Made by a program: the position numbers and the translations under genes. Shown here piece after piece: positions 50,122-59,600 of a stretch of DNA of 64,000 bases (position 1 is its first letter; the number at the start of each line of letters is the position of its first letter). Location: contig OZ245011.1 of assembly GCA_965223665.1 (NCBI GenBank), forward strand, positions 2,496,001 through 2,560,000, in the 5' to 3' direction. The notes below the pieces were generated by a model, which saw only the letters and a program-made list of their open reading frames with translations, made no database searches and had not been told where the DNA came from. Source of the stretch: Nitrospinaceae bacterium. Its GTDB lineage: Bacteria; Nitrospinota; Nitrospinia; Nitrospinales; Nitrospinaceae.

Positions 50122-51123
50122 TTAATTTCTCTGGAGGTAGGGGATAAAAATCAAACCTAATAATATTTCAAATGCAATGAATATTAATATCCAATCACCC
50201 GGATGGTAGTTTGATTCTTTAGGTAGAATTTCCCATACTACCCAACAAACTATAACTAAACCCGGGGCATGAAACTTGACAAAACGAATTCCCCATTGAT
50301 CTCCAATCCACCAAAACACCATTCCCAGTAGGGGAATGGCAACAAGGATGAACAATATCCCTTCAACGGGTTCAAAGTTTCGGATTCGGTCCCAAGTCGC
50401 TTTACGGGTTCTATTAATTAAATCACTGAGAAAATTTAGTGCTTCACAACTTGGCTTTCCTTGAATACGATCCCGATTGCAGTCGTAGTCATAAAGTTGT
50501 TCAGCAAAATCCCAATCATGTATTCGTTCAAAACCCTTACCCAAATGGTAGCAGGGTCCATAGTCATCAGAATCGGGGGGTCTATAACCAGATCGACAAA
50601 GGGGTTCCAAATGCTTTTTCGCCAATTCAATATGATTCACCTTCAAATATTCTTTTCCTAAATAGAAACAGGTGATTTTTTTTCCTTCAGCGCAAATTCT
50701 TTCTAATGGCAAAGCTTCTTCCTTTAAACGTCCCATATCTTTTGCTAGCGAAAGCAAGGGAGCGCATGCTCTTAGATGACCTAAGGTAGGATGATTGTTA
50801 CAAGCAAGACGAAAATATTCGAGAGCTTTTTCTTGATTGCCTGATTGTTCTTCAGCAATTCCGATCGCAAGGCAAAAAACTGTAGCTCCTTTAATACATT
50901 CTTCCCTGGCATTTTCAGTATCCAAATTTTTTTCATCCGCCCTTACCACACCCAAGTTTAATTGAGCCAACATGAGGAAAATCCCAAAAATAATAAGAAA
51001 GGGAAGCTTAAAAGCCTTGATTTTAATCTTTTCAACGATAACCATTATAAAATTTCTAAATGAGCTGCTCGAAAAACAGCCATTCTCATTGGACACCTTC
51101 GCAGAATGTATTAACAATCCCAT
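50122..51123 (-). CDS. Cys-paired Sel1/Hcp-like repeat protein with a C-terminal 3-TM anchor
   Basis: ALEYFRLAC, CFYLGKEY, CYHLGKGF repeats and a hydrophobic C-terminus; the true start is likely downstream of the called one. Confidence 0.65.
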   Translation of the reverse strand: MGLLIHSAKVSNENGCFSSSSFRNFIMVIVEKIKIKAFKLPFLIIFGIFLMLAQLNLGVVRADEKNLDTENAREECIKGATVFCLAIGIAEEQSGNQEKALEYFRLACNNHPTLGHLRACAPLLSLAKDMGRLKEEALPLERICAEGKKITCFYLGKEYLKVNHIELAKKHLEPLCRSGYRPPDSDDYGPCYHLGKGFERIHDWDFAEQLYDYDCNRDRIQGKPSCEALNFLSDLINRTRKATWDRIRNFEPVEGILFILVAIPLLGMVFWWIGDQWGIRFVKFHAPGLVIVCWVVWEILPKESNYHPGDWILIFIAFEILLGLIFIPYLQRN

Positions 51124-51513
51124 CCCAAGCAGAAATTTAAATAAATATGGAATTTAACCCTTCAAGTAATTTTTAAATAATTATTTAATAAAAACCCTGC
51201 TTAGTGCATCATTTTACCTATTTCTGAAAATAATCCTTAATATTACTTCTGATTCAGAAGAAACGGTTAAATTGAGCCAAATTGGAACTATCCATTTTTT
51301 TTAAAATCCCTAACAAATTAAATGAAAGATTTATCAATCCATTTGAAGGCTAAATATTTTTAAAATTCAATTATTTTATAAATCCGGGCTTATCAAAATT
51401 TACCCTATTTTGACTTTTTCCTAGCTTTTACAAAAAAAAACCATATTTTAATGGTATCCTTTATTCAATATTTTTACTCATAATTGATAATTGATTTAAA
51501 CTTTTTCTTTAGT

Positions 51514-53034
51514 ATGGAAACAGAATATCGACATTTAAAAAATGTATTTAAAAATTTTAAGGAACCTGTCCTAATCTGTGACCCTGTCCATAAAAATATT
51601 TATTACGCCAACCCTTCAACCAGCAAACTCTTTGGATTTTCTGAAAAAAAATTCTCAACAAAAAAATTAACGGATGTCTTTAATATTGAATCCAAAGAGA
51701 TAAACGACTTCTTAAAATCCGTAAGTAATAAAAAAACAGATTTTTCTAAAACCCTGCAATTAAAAACAAAGTCAGGAAAACCGGTTTCATGTAATGTTTC
51801 GGGTTGCTTAATAGAAAACAGCCAAAATGAACTAATTCTTTTGTCTTTAAATAAAATTGAAAGCGGATTGGAAATTGAAATTACCGAAAATTATCTCCCG
51901 GTGAAAAAGCTTGAAGAAGGTCGCAAAGTTTTTTTTGATATGTTAGAAAATTTACCCATCGCATTTCATTTACAAGCACCTGATCATTCGGTTCCGTTTG
52001 CAAATAAAATGTTTCGTGATCGATTTGGGTCCCCAGGAAATAAACATTGCTTTGAATTGATGCATAACCGAAATGAACCTTGTCAATTTTGTCCGACTTT
52101 TCGAGTATTTGACTCTCATAAAAATGAAGTCTCTAAGTGGTCCGCAATGGATGGTCGTACTTATTTAACTGTCTGCACTCCCTTTAAAGATGAAAAAGGT
52201 AATCCCCTGGTAATGGAAATGGCCATGGATATTACCGAACAAGAAAATGCTAAAAAAGAGGCTTTAATTGAAAAACGAAAAGCAGAACAAGCTAATAATA
52301 TTAAAGCGGATTTTCTTGCAAGAATGAGTCATGAGCTTAGGACACCTTTAAACGCTATTTTAGGTTTTGGTCAGCTTTTAGAAATAGAAACAGATAATTT
52401 GACAACTCAGCAACATAATTTTATTACGCACATTTTAAAATCAGGACGACATCTTTTAAGACTAATTAACAATATATTAGAATTAACTTTAATCGATGCT
52501 GGAAATTTAGAATTGTCACCAACACATTTTTCATTTGATAAACTCATTGATGAAATTATTTCAGAAATAAAGGAATTATCTGGTGGAAATAAAGTTTCAT
52601 TCACACTCTCAGAGAATAAAAACGATATTAAACTTTTTGCAGATAGATATCGATTGAAGCAAATTCTTCTTAATGCTTTAAGAAACGCAATTAAGATAAT
52701 GGAAGGTGACGCCCATATCAAAATAAGTTGCGAACCTCATAAAAACAAATGGATAAAGATAGTAATTCAGGATATGCGCGGTAATACCTTGATAGAAAAG
52801 CTAGAAAAACATTTTCAACCTTTAAATCAATTAGGGTTTACTTCCAATGGAAGTTTTGGATTGGACGCAGAAATGACAGTTTGTCTACACCTTATAGAGT
52901 TAATGGGTGGTTCCATTTATTTTGAAAAAAGAAACGATCCTAGCAACGCCTTGATCCTTCAAATTTTAAAAGAGAACAGTATGATTCCTGAAAATATTGT
53001 TCGAAACAAGAATCGAAAATTTAAAAAAGTCTAA
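51514..53034 (+). CDS. Cytoplasmic PAS-PAS sensor histidine kinase with degenerate ATP-binding boxes
   Basis: Two PAS domains, FLARMSHELRTPLN H-box, LKQILLNALRNAIK N-box; ATG 51514 is the likely start. Confidence 0.85.
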   Translation: METEYRHLKNVFKNFKEPVLICDPVHKNIYYANPSTSKLFGFSEKKFSTKKLTDVFNIESKEINDFLKSVSNKKTDFSKTLQLKTKSGKPVSCNVSGCLIENSQNELILLSLNKIESGLEIEITENYLPVKKLEEGRKVFFDMLENLPIAFHLQAPDHSVPFANKMFRDRFGSPGNKHCFELMHNRNEPCQFCPTFRVFDSHKNEVSKWSAMDGRTYLTVCTPFKDEKGNPLVMEMAMDITEQENAKKEALIEKRKAEQANNIKADFLARMSHELRTPLNAILGFGQLLEIETDNLTTQQHNFITHILKSGRHLLRLINNILELTLIDAGNLELSPTHFSFDKLIDEIISEIKELSGGNKVSFTLSENKNDIKLFADRYRLKQILLNALRNAIKIMEGDAHIKISCEPHKNKWIKIVIQDMRGNTLIEKLEKHFQPLNQLGFTSNGSFGLDAEMTVCLHLIELMGGSIYFEKRNDPSNALILQILKENSMIPENIVRNKNRKFKKV

Positions 53035-53161
53035 ATAAAACCCACAAAAAGTAAAATTTCCATCCCCCATCCTATCTAATTTGAAGAAATTAACTTTTTA
53101 AAAAATATTTCTCAGTCGAATTCTTAAATTATCCAAAATTGATCAAAGTATAATGATTAGA

Positions 53162-54577
53162 TTAGCTTTTAAATAATTCCATTGCTCTTTTGCGCTGCAT
53201 GGAATGAACAACTATAGGGTTAGGGTAATCATCGCCTAAAATACAATTTGCTTCTTTTTGTTCTTTCAATTTGGAATTATGAGGCCAATGGATAAGTTTG
53301 TTAGAGAATCGTGCAATTTCGGGGAGAAATTTTCTGATAAATTTTCCTTCAGGATCAAATTTCTTAGACTGAGTCACCGGATTAAAAATTCGAAACCAGG
53401 GTTGAGCATCACATCCTGTTGAAGCACACCATTGCCATCCCCCGTTATTGGCAGCAAGATCAAAATCCAATAGATTTTTTGCAAAATATTTCTCCCCTTT
53501 TCTCCAGTCTACCAGCAAGTCCTTAGTTAAAAAGGAAGCAACAATCATTCGAAGACGATTGTGCATCCAACCGGTTTGATTAAATCTGCGCATCGCAGCA
53601 TCAACAATCGGAAACCCGGTTTTTCCATCACACCATGCTTTAAAATTTTTTGTCGTTCCTGGCCATTGAATTCGATCGTACTCTCTTTTAAAACATCCAT
53701 TAACTACATAAGGGAATTTGTCAATTATCATTTGGTAAAACTCTCGCCAGATTAATTCTGACAACCAAGTCTGTGCACCCAGGTTCGAGTCTCCATAAAC
53801 TTTTCGAACTAAAGAACGAATAGATAAAGTTCCAAATCGCAAATGAACCGATAGCTCGGAAGTACTGTTGGGAAGTGAAGGATAATCACGGTAATTGTGA
53901 TAATTATTTATCTGTGGCAAATATTTTTTTAATTTTTTTTGACCCGCGTCTTCGCCAGGAACCAGCCATAAAGCCACTTTATCAAAACCTAATTTTTCTA
54001 AAGACCAGTTTCCAAAAAAACTACTTAAATCTTTTTCAGGAATTAATCCATCCAGTCTAGGTTTGAATTCAATAAACTGGGAAGGATCAATAAAATTGAG
54101 CCAGGCATTTTTATAAGGAGTAAATACTTTATATGGATTCCCAGATTTTGAAACCAACTCATCTCCCTCAAAAATGACCTGATCTTTAAAATCAAAAAAC
54201 TCAATTCCTATTGAATTACATGATGCCTGAACTGCTTTATCCCGTTGTTTAGCGTAGGGTTCATAGTCCCTATTTGTAAATATCGCCTGAGCTTTAATTT
54301 GATTGGCAAACTCTGGAACTTTAATTACAGGATCACCATGAAGAACCACTAAAGCCGAACCTCTACTTTGAAGTTTCTGATTGATTTCCTTTAAGCATTT
54401 AAAAATAAATGTCATTCGCCGGTCATTTTTATTTAATTTCTTTAAGATTGTAGTATCAAATACAAAAACTACCGCTATCTTTTTAGATTGTCGTGAAGCC
54501 TGATAAAGAGCCACATGATCTTTTAATCTGAGATCTCTACGAATCCAACAAATGGATTTTTCATATTTTATGGCCAT
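53162..54577 (-). CDS. phrB: Class I CPD deoxyribodipyrimidine photolyase
   Basis: WIRRDLRLKDH, YKVFTPY, LSVHLRFG, WREFY, GWMHNRLRMIVASFLTK, NNGGWQW, FRIFNP. Confidence 0.95.
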   Translation of the reverse strand: MAIKYEKSICWIRRDLRLKDHVALYQASRQSKKIAVVFVFDTTILKKLNKNDRRMTFIFKCLKEINQKLQSRGSALVVLHGDPVIKVPEFANQIKAQAIFTNRDYEPYAKQRDKAVQASCNSIGIEFFDFKDQVIFEGDELVSKSGNPYKVFTPYKNAWLNFIDPSQFIEFKPRLDGLIPEKDLSSFFGNWSLEKLGFDKVALWLVPGEDAGQKKLKKYLPQINNYHNYRDYPSLPNSTSELSVHLRFGTLSIRSLVRKVYGDSNLGAQTWLSELIWREFYQMIIDKFPYVVNGCFKREYDRIQWPGTTKNFKAWCDGKTGFPIVDAAMRRFNQTGWMHNRLRMIVASFLTKDLLVDWRKGEKYFAKNLLDFDLAANNGGWQWCASTGCDAQPWFRIFNPVTQSKKFDPEGKFIRKFLPEIARFSNKLIHWPHNSKLKEQKEANCILGDDYPNPIVVHSMQRKRAMELFKS

Positions 54578-54604
54578 GATTTTTTTGCAAACAATATTTT
54601 TAAT

Positions 54605-54991
54605 TTAATAATAAGTGTAAAAGGCTTTTTTCAATATTAAGAAAAAAGGAACCCACCAGATTAAATCGTTAAATATAATATGAATCCCAAAAATTAATGG
54701 AAGTTCTCCGGTGATAAGTGCTCCTATAAACCCTAAAGGTCCCAGAACCTTTCCCAGGAATCCTACCAAGACAATGCGCCAATGAAGAACGGGATTACTG
54801 GCAGCCAGCCAATAGGCAACACCATAAACGCCAACAATCATTCCTATACATTGCCATAGTGGCGGGTACAAAGGGGCGGCCATATCTAAAGCTATAAAAC
54901 TCTCTTTAGGAAATACAATAGCAATGGCACCCCAAAGAAAATTATAAATAGCCGCAGAATATAAAATGATTTGCATTGTTTTGTGTGACAT
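54605..54991 (-). CDS. 4-TM membrane protein
   Basis: AAIYNFLWG, LWQCIGMIVGVYG, HWRIVLVGFLGKVLGPLGF, NDLIWW.PF. Confidence 0.75.
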   Translation of the reverse strand: MSHKTMQIILYSAAIYNFLWGAIAIVFPKESFIALDMAAPLYPPLWQCIGMIVGVYGVAYWLAASNPVLHWRIVLVGFLGKVLGPLGFIGALITGELPLIFGIHIIFNDLIWWVPFFLILKKAFYTYY

Positions 54992-55055
54992 GAGGTCATT
55001 ACCGAAAAAAATGAATAGACAATATATGGAAGAAAATTTGGATAGGCACTTTCAT

Positions 55056-55661
55056 TTACAATTGAGGTGTCAAAATTAAATAGGACAAGTCGAACCCTTG
55101 CTTCCGGAGGTTTGCTTTCAATTCTTCCAGAGTTTTTGACGACATTTTGGGAGAACGGCTTAGAATCCATAAATATTGTCGGTTAGGTTCGCTAACAACA
55201 GCATATTGATAGTCCTCATCCAACTCAATAATCCAATAATTACCTTTAAATGGCCAAAAAAACTGAACTTGCAGCTTAGCCTTAGTTAATTTGTCGGCTA
55301 CCGTGGCTCGTCCCACGGCATCAATTAATTTTCCATCAAAACTGTTCTTTCGGCATTTATTAGTTACTTTGATACTCTCCGCATCAATTTTTTCGTAAAA
55401 GGCCGTGGCTGCATAACAGCCTTTTTCAAATGAATGAGGATACCTGGCAATCTCATACCACTTCCCTAAGTACCTTTCGAGATCCACAAAAGAAACTACT
55501 TGTAATTCGGGAGAACTATTTCGAGGAACAGTCGAGCACCCCATCCAAAATAACAGGAGAACAGTAATCAACGCCAGAACTCTGAGTCGATTTTTATTTT
55601 TCTGGATCATAAGACTCCAATCCTTCAGTGGTTGCTTTTGGCGCAAATCATAATCATCCAC
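55056..55661 (-). CDS. blc: Bacterial lipocalin, outer-membrane lipoprotein
   Basis: Lipobox WMGC, VDLERYLGKWYEIARY, VQFFWPF.GNYWII, YLWILSR; the start may be the ATG of MIQKNK. Confidence 0.9.
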   Translation of the reverse strand: MDDYDLRQKQPLKDWSLMIQKNKNRLRVLALITVLLLFWMGCSTVPRNSSPELQVVSFVDLERYLGKWYEIARYPHSFEKGCYAATAFYEKIDAESIKVTNKCRKNSFDGKLIDAVGRATVADKLTKAKLQVQFFWPFKGNYWIIELDEDYQYAVVSEPNRQYLWILSRSPKMSSKTLEELKANLRKQGFDLSYLILTPQL

Positions 55662-55978
55662 AAAATTTTATTATATTATTTAAATAAAATAACATTATTT
55701 TCATTTTCTGGTTTAACTTCGGTTTTGTTATTAATTGGCTTATTTGACTTTGCCAAGCTCCTTATACACGCTTGCACCCGCTATTTGGATGGATGCACAA
55801 CCTATTTACAGCCATATTAAAAGTAAACGGGTTAATACCATTTAAAATTTTAGGGAAAAAAGTAAACCAGGGCCAATATTAGTCCTTAAAAAAACAGAAA
55901 GATAAAGGAAAAATTTAAAAATACCCTTCATAATGAGGGTGAAACTGGAGGAATTATGAGACCAACTTATTTATTGTT

Positions 55979-56491
55979 TTATTTACCGCAACATTTTTTG
56001 AATTTTTTATTGCTTCCACAAGGACAAGGATCGTTACGGCCTACTTTGCTTTCTTTTCGAACAAAAGGTTTTTTAGGAAGGGTTGAGGAGGAGGATACAA
56101 CTTTAGGTTTTGATTGCTTACCATAATAATACCACCGACCATTTTCTTTTAAGAATTTTGAAGTTTCTTCGAGGATTTGTTCTTCGTTATCTTTTTCGTA
56201 ATAAGCAGCAAAGGTTACCTCGCCAGCCTTATCTTCTGATGATCCATTTTTAGAATCAAATATTTCTAACTTTTTCCAATGCACCCCTTCATTGGCAGCA
56301 TCTAAATCTTTAATATTGTTTCTTTCTTCAGGGTGGGTAGTTTGTTTAATGTAATCCCATTCTTGCATAACATAAGCGGAGTAACGTGAACGCATCAGGT
56401 CTTCCGCGGTATCTGCAACCGTTGCTCCTCGAATCAGTGGCCCACAGCAGTCTGTATAAGGAAATACCGATCCACAAGGACATTCTTTCAT
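55979..56491 (-). CDS. YchJ family protein with SEC-C motifs
   Basis: CPCGS...[32 protein letters not shown]. Confidence 0.92.
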   Translation of the reverse strand: MKECPCGSVFPYTDCCGPLIRGATVADTAEDLMRSRYSAYVMQEWDYIKQTTHPEERNNIKDLDAANEGVHWKKLEIFDSKNGSSEDKAGEVTFAAYYEKDNEEQILEETSKFLKENGRWYYYGKQSKPKVVSSSSTLPKKPFVRKESKVGRNDPCPCGSNKKFKKCCGK

Positions 56492-56677
56492 AAATTCCCC
56501 CTATTCATGAATCAAAGAATATCCGCTTCAAAGATCAATTAAAAGATTTTTTTTGTTTTATATGAAAAAGTGTTTAAATAAATTAACTATTTGGAAAAAT
56601 CTATCAAATTGAAAAATCTCCTATTAACAAACTCATTTATTGAAAGTGATTCTAAAATAAATAAAGGTCAATTTCAT

Positions 56678-59600
56678 TTATGGCAAAGTATAAATGATAG
56701 TCAGTTTAGGCCTCCATGTTGAAGCTTCCCGGGAATCAAAAATCATTCCATTGACAGATCCATCACTCCGTATAACAAATCCATTATTATTTATGCCACC
56801 ATCAATCCAACCCTGCACTAAATCTATTCCGTCTTGATTAAGATCAATAGTAGTTTCATTGAGGGCATCCATAGCTACCGTCCCCAAAACCGTTGCGCCA
56901 ATTGTGGAAGAGTCACTAAATGTATTCCAATTCACTGTGCCTTCACTCCAGCCTGTTTGAGCCTCATAAAAAAAGCTTTCTCCTGAACTACTGTTAAAAA
57001 TATCTATTGTAATACTTACGGATTGGACAACTGCATTGGTAGGAATTGAAGAAATATCCCAGGAAATAACCGAAAATAATTCTCCAAATGCTCGAGTTTC
57101 CGTGTTACGTTCTCGTCCATCTGACCACAGCTCTACATCTGCGCCCTTATTGGCAGTTGGATCGGCTTCATCAAGGTAAGAATCTTCCGTTCCTGCATAT
57201 CCTGAATCCGGTTCTACACCATCTTGAAAGCTTACAGTTACAGGACCGCCGGACGATTCTTCAACCGTCACACTCTGGGTATCCGTTCCTGTATTCCCCG
57301 CCGCATCCGTCGCACTCCAGGTCACCACAGTCGTGCCTAACGGAAAGGTCGCTGGCGCATCATTCGTCGGAGTGATCGAACCATCTACCAGGTCAGTTGC
57401 TGTCCCTGTACCCAAATTCGGAGTCGTATCCGTTGTCGTGATATCTGCAGGGGCTGTCACTGTCGGCGGAGTCGTGTCTGTCACCGTCACGTTCTGGGTA
57501 TCCGTTCCCGTATTGCCGGAACTATCCGTGGCACTCCAGGTCACAATCGTCGTCCCTACAGAAAATCCACCCGCAGGTGCATCGTTCGTTGGAGTCAATG
57601 AACCATCCACATCGTCATTCGCGGTACCCGTGCCTAAATCTACTGTGGTTGTCGGCCCCGTCGCTTCCATCGTCACATCTGCAGGCGCCGTCACTACCGG
57701 TGGTGTGGTATCTCCACCCGTAGAAACCGTGTAAGTAATTGTCAACTTGGGCCGGGTTGTCGCTGTCGTTGCTTCACTGGAATAAGCCCCCACACCATTA
57801 TTACTTCCTGCAGTTTTGAGAACCAAACCATTGTTAGAGATGCTTCCATCAATCCAACCCTGAACTAAACTCAGACCCTCAGCCGTTAAACTCACTTCGG
57901 TTTCATTGAAGGAAAACCCAGGTACCGTGGCGATAGTATTGGTACCTACATTGGTAGAACCTCCACCAAAGCCGTCCCAGGTTACTGTATTTTCATCCCA
58001 GGAAGTGAGCGCTTCAAAGAAATTATAATCACCAGAACTGGCGTCAAAAAAATCCATGATAATGCTCGCCGATTGGACCGTAGCATTGGTTGGAATACTG
58101 GAGACATCCCAAACCACAACCGTCATCACTTCTCCAAACAACCCATTATCCGGATCCTGCGCCACTCCATCAGAAAGCAATTGGGAATTAGAACCTTCAT
58201 TAACGTTCGGAGATGTTTCACGTAAATAACTGTCTTCCGTTTCTGCATATCCGGAATCCGGTTCTACACCATCTTGAAAGCTTACAGTTACAGGACCGCC
58301 GGACGATTCTTCAACCGTCACACTCTGGGTATCCGTTCCTGTATTCCCCGCCGCATCCGTCGCACTCCAGGTCACCACAGTCGTGCCTAACGGAAAGGTC
58401 GCTGGCGCATCATTCGTCGGAGTGATCGAACCATCTACCAGGTCAGTTGCTGTCCCTGTACCCAAATTCGGAGTCGTATCCGTTGTCGTGATATCTGCAG
58501 GGGCTGTCACTGTCGGCGGAGTCGTGTCTGTCACCGTCACGTTCTGGGTATCCGTTCCCGTATTGCCGGAACTATCCGTGGCACTCCAGGTCACAATCGT
58601 CGTCCCTACAGAAAATCCACCCGCAGGTGCATCGTTCGTTGGAGTCAATGAACCATCCACATCGTCATTTGCGGTACCCGTGCCTAAATCTACTGTGGTT
58701 GTCGGCCCCGTCGCTTCCATCGTCACATCTGCAGGCGCCGTCACTACCGGTGGTGTGGTATCTCCACCCGTAGAAACCGTGTAAGTAATTGTCAACTTGG
58801 GCCGGGTTGTCGCTGTCGTTGCTTCACTGGAGTACACTCCCATACCGTTATTGCTACCTGAAGTTTGAACAATAATACCGTTATTCGAAATACTCCCATC
58901 TATCCAGCCCTGAACAAGATCAATGCCGGTTTGATTTAAAGTGACAATGTTTTCATTAAATATTAATGGTGGTATCGATCCCAAAATCGTACTGCCAATA
59001 GTAGTGGAATGATTTATTATATTCCAGGTAACTTCCGGTTCCGTCCAATTCGCATCCACAGAATATAAGTCATGAGCCACCGGAGAATCATTAAACACAT
59101 TAAACGAAACATCTACTGAACTGATCACGGCATTAGGTGGTATAGCCGAAAGATCCCATTTCGTGACAAATGTTAACTCACCATACCGACCTGTATCCGG
59201 ATCCTGTGATACCCCATCTCCCCAAAGTTCAGTATCGTCTCCTAGGTTTTTATGAGGAGAAGTTTCAGTTAAAGTAGAATCCTCCGTCCCAAAATAAAAG
59301 GCACTTGGCTCCACCCCATCCTGGAAACTAATGGTGTTTGGGCTGGTAGCAGTGGGAACTCTTACTGTTACATTTTGCGAATCGGTTCCCGTATTACCTG
59401 CCGCGTCCGTTGCGGTCCAAATTACTATAGTGGTTCCCAAAGGAAACCCACCTGCCGGTGCGTCATTGGTTATGGAAGCTACACCAATATCATCCACTGC
59501 AGCAGCGGTTCCTAGAGACACAGAAGTTTGATCCCCAGTAGAATCCACCACTACATCCGGTGGAGCAATGATTGATGGAGAAATACTGTCTGCACCGGTT

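Noticed and set aside
57333-58784. Duplicate 133-aa plus-strand ORFs, and the duplicate 74-aa ORFs at 63162/63618
   Set aside because: Antisense shadows of the repeated HYR coding sequence.
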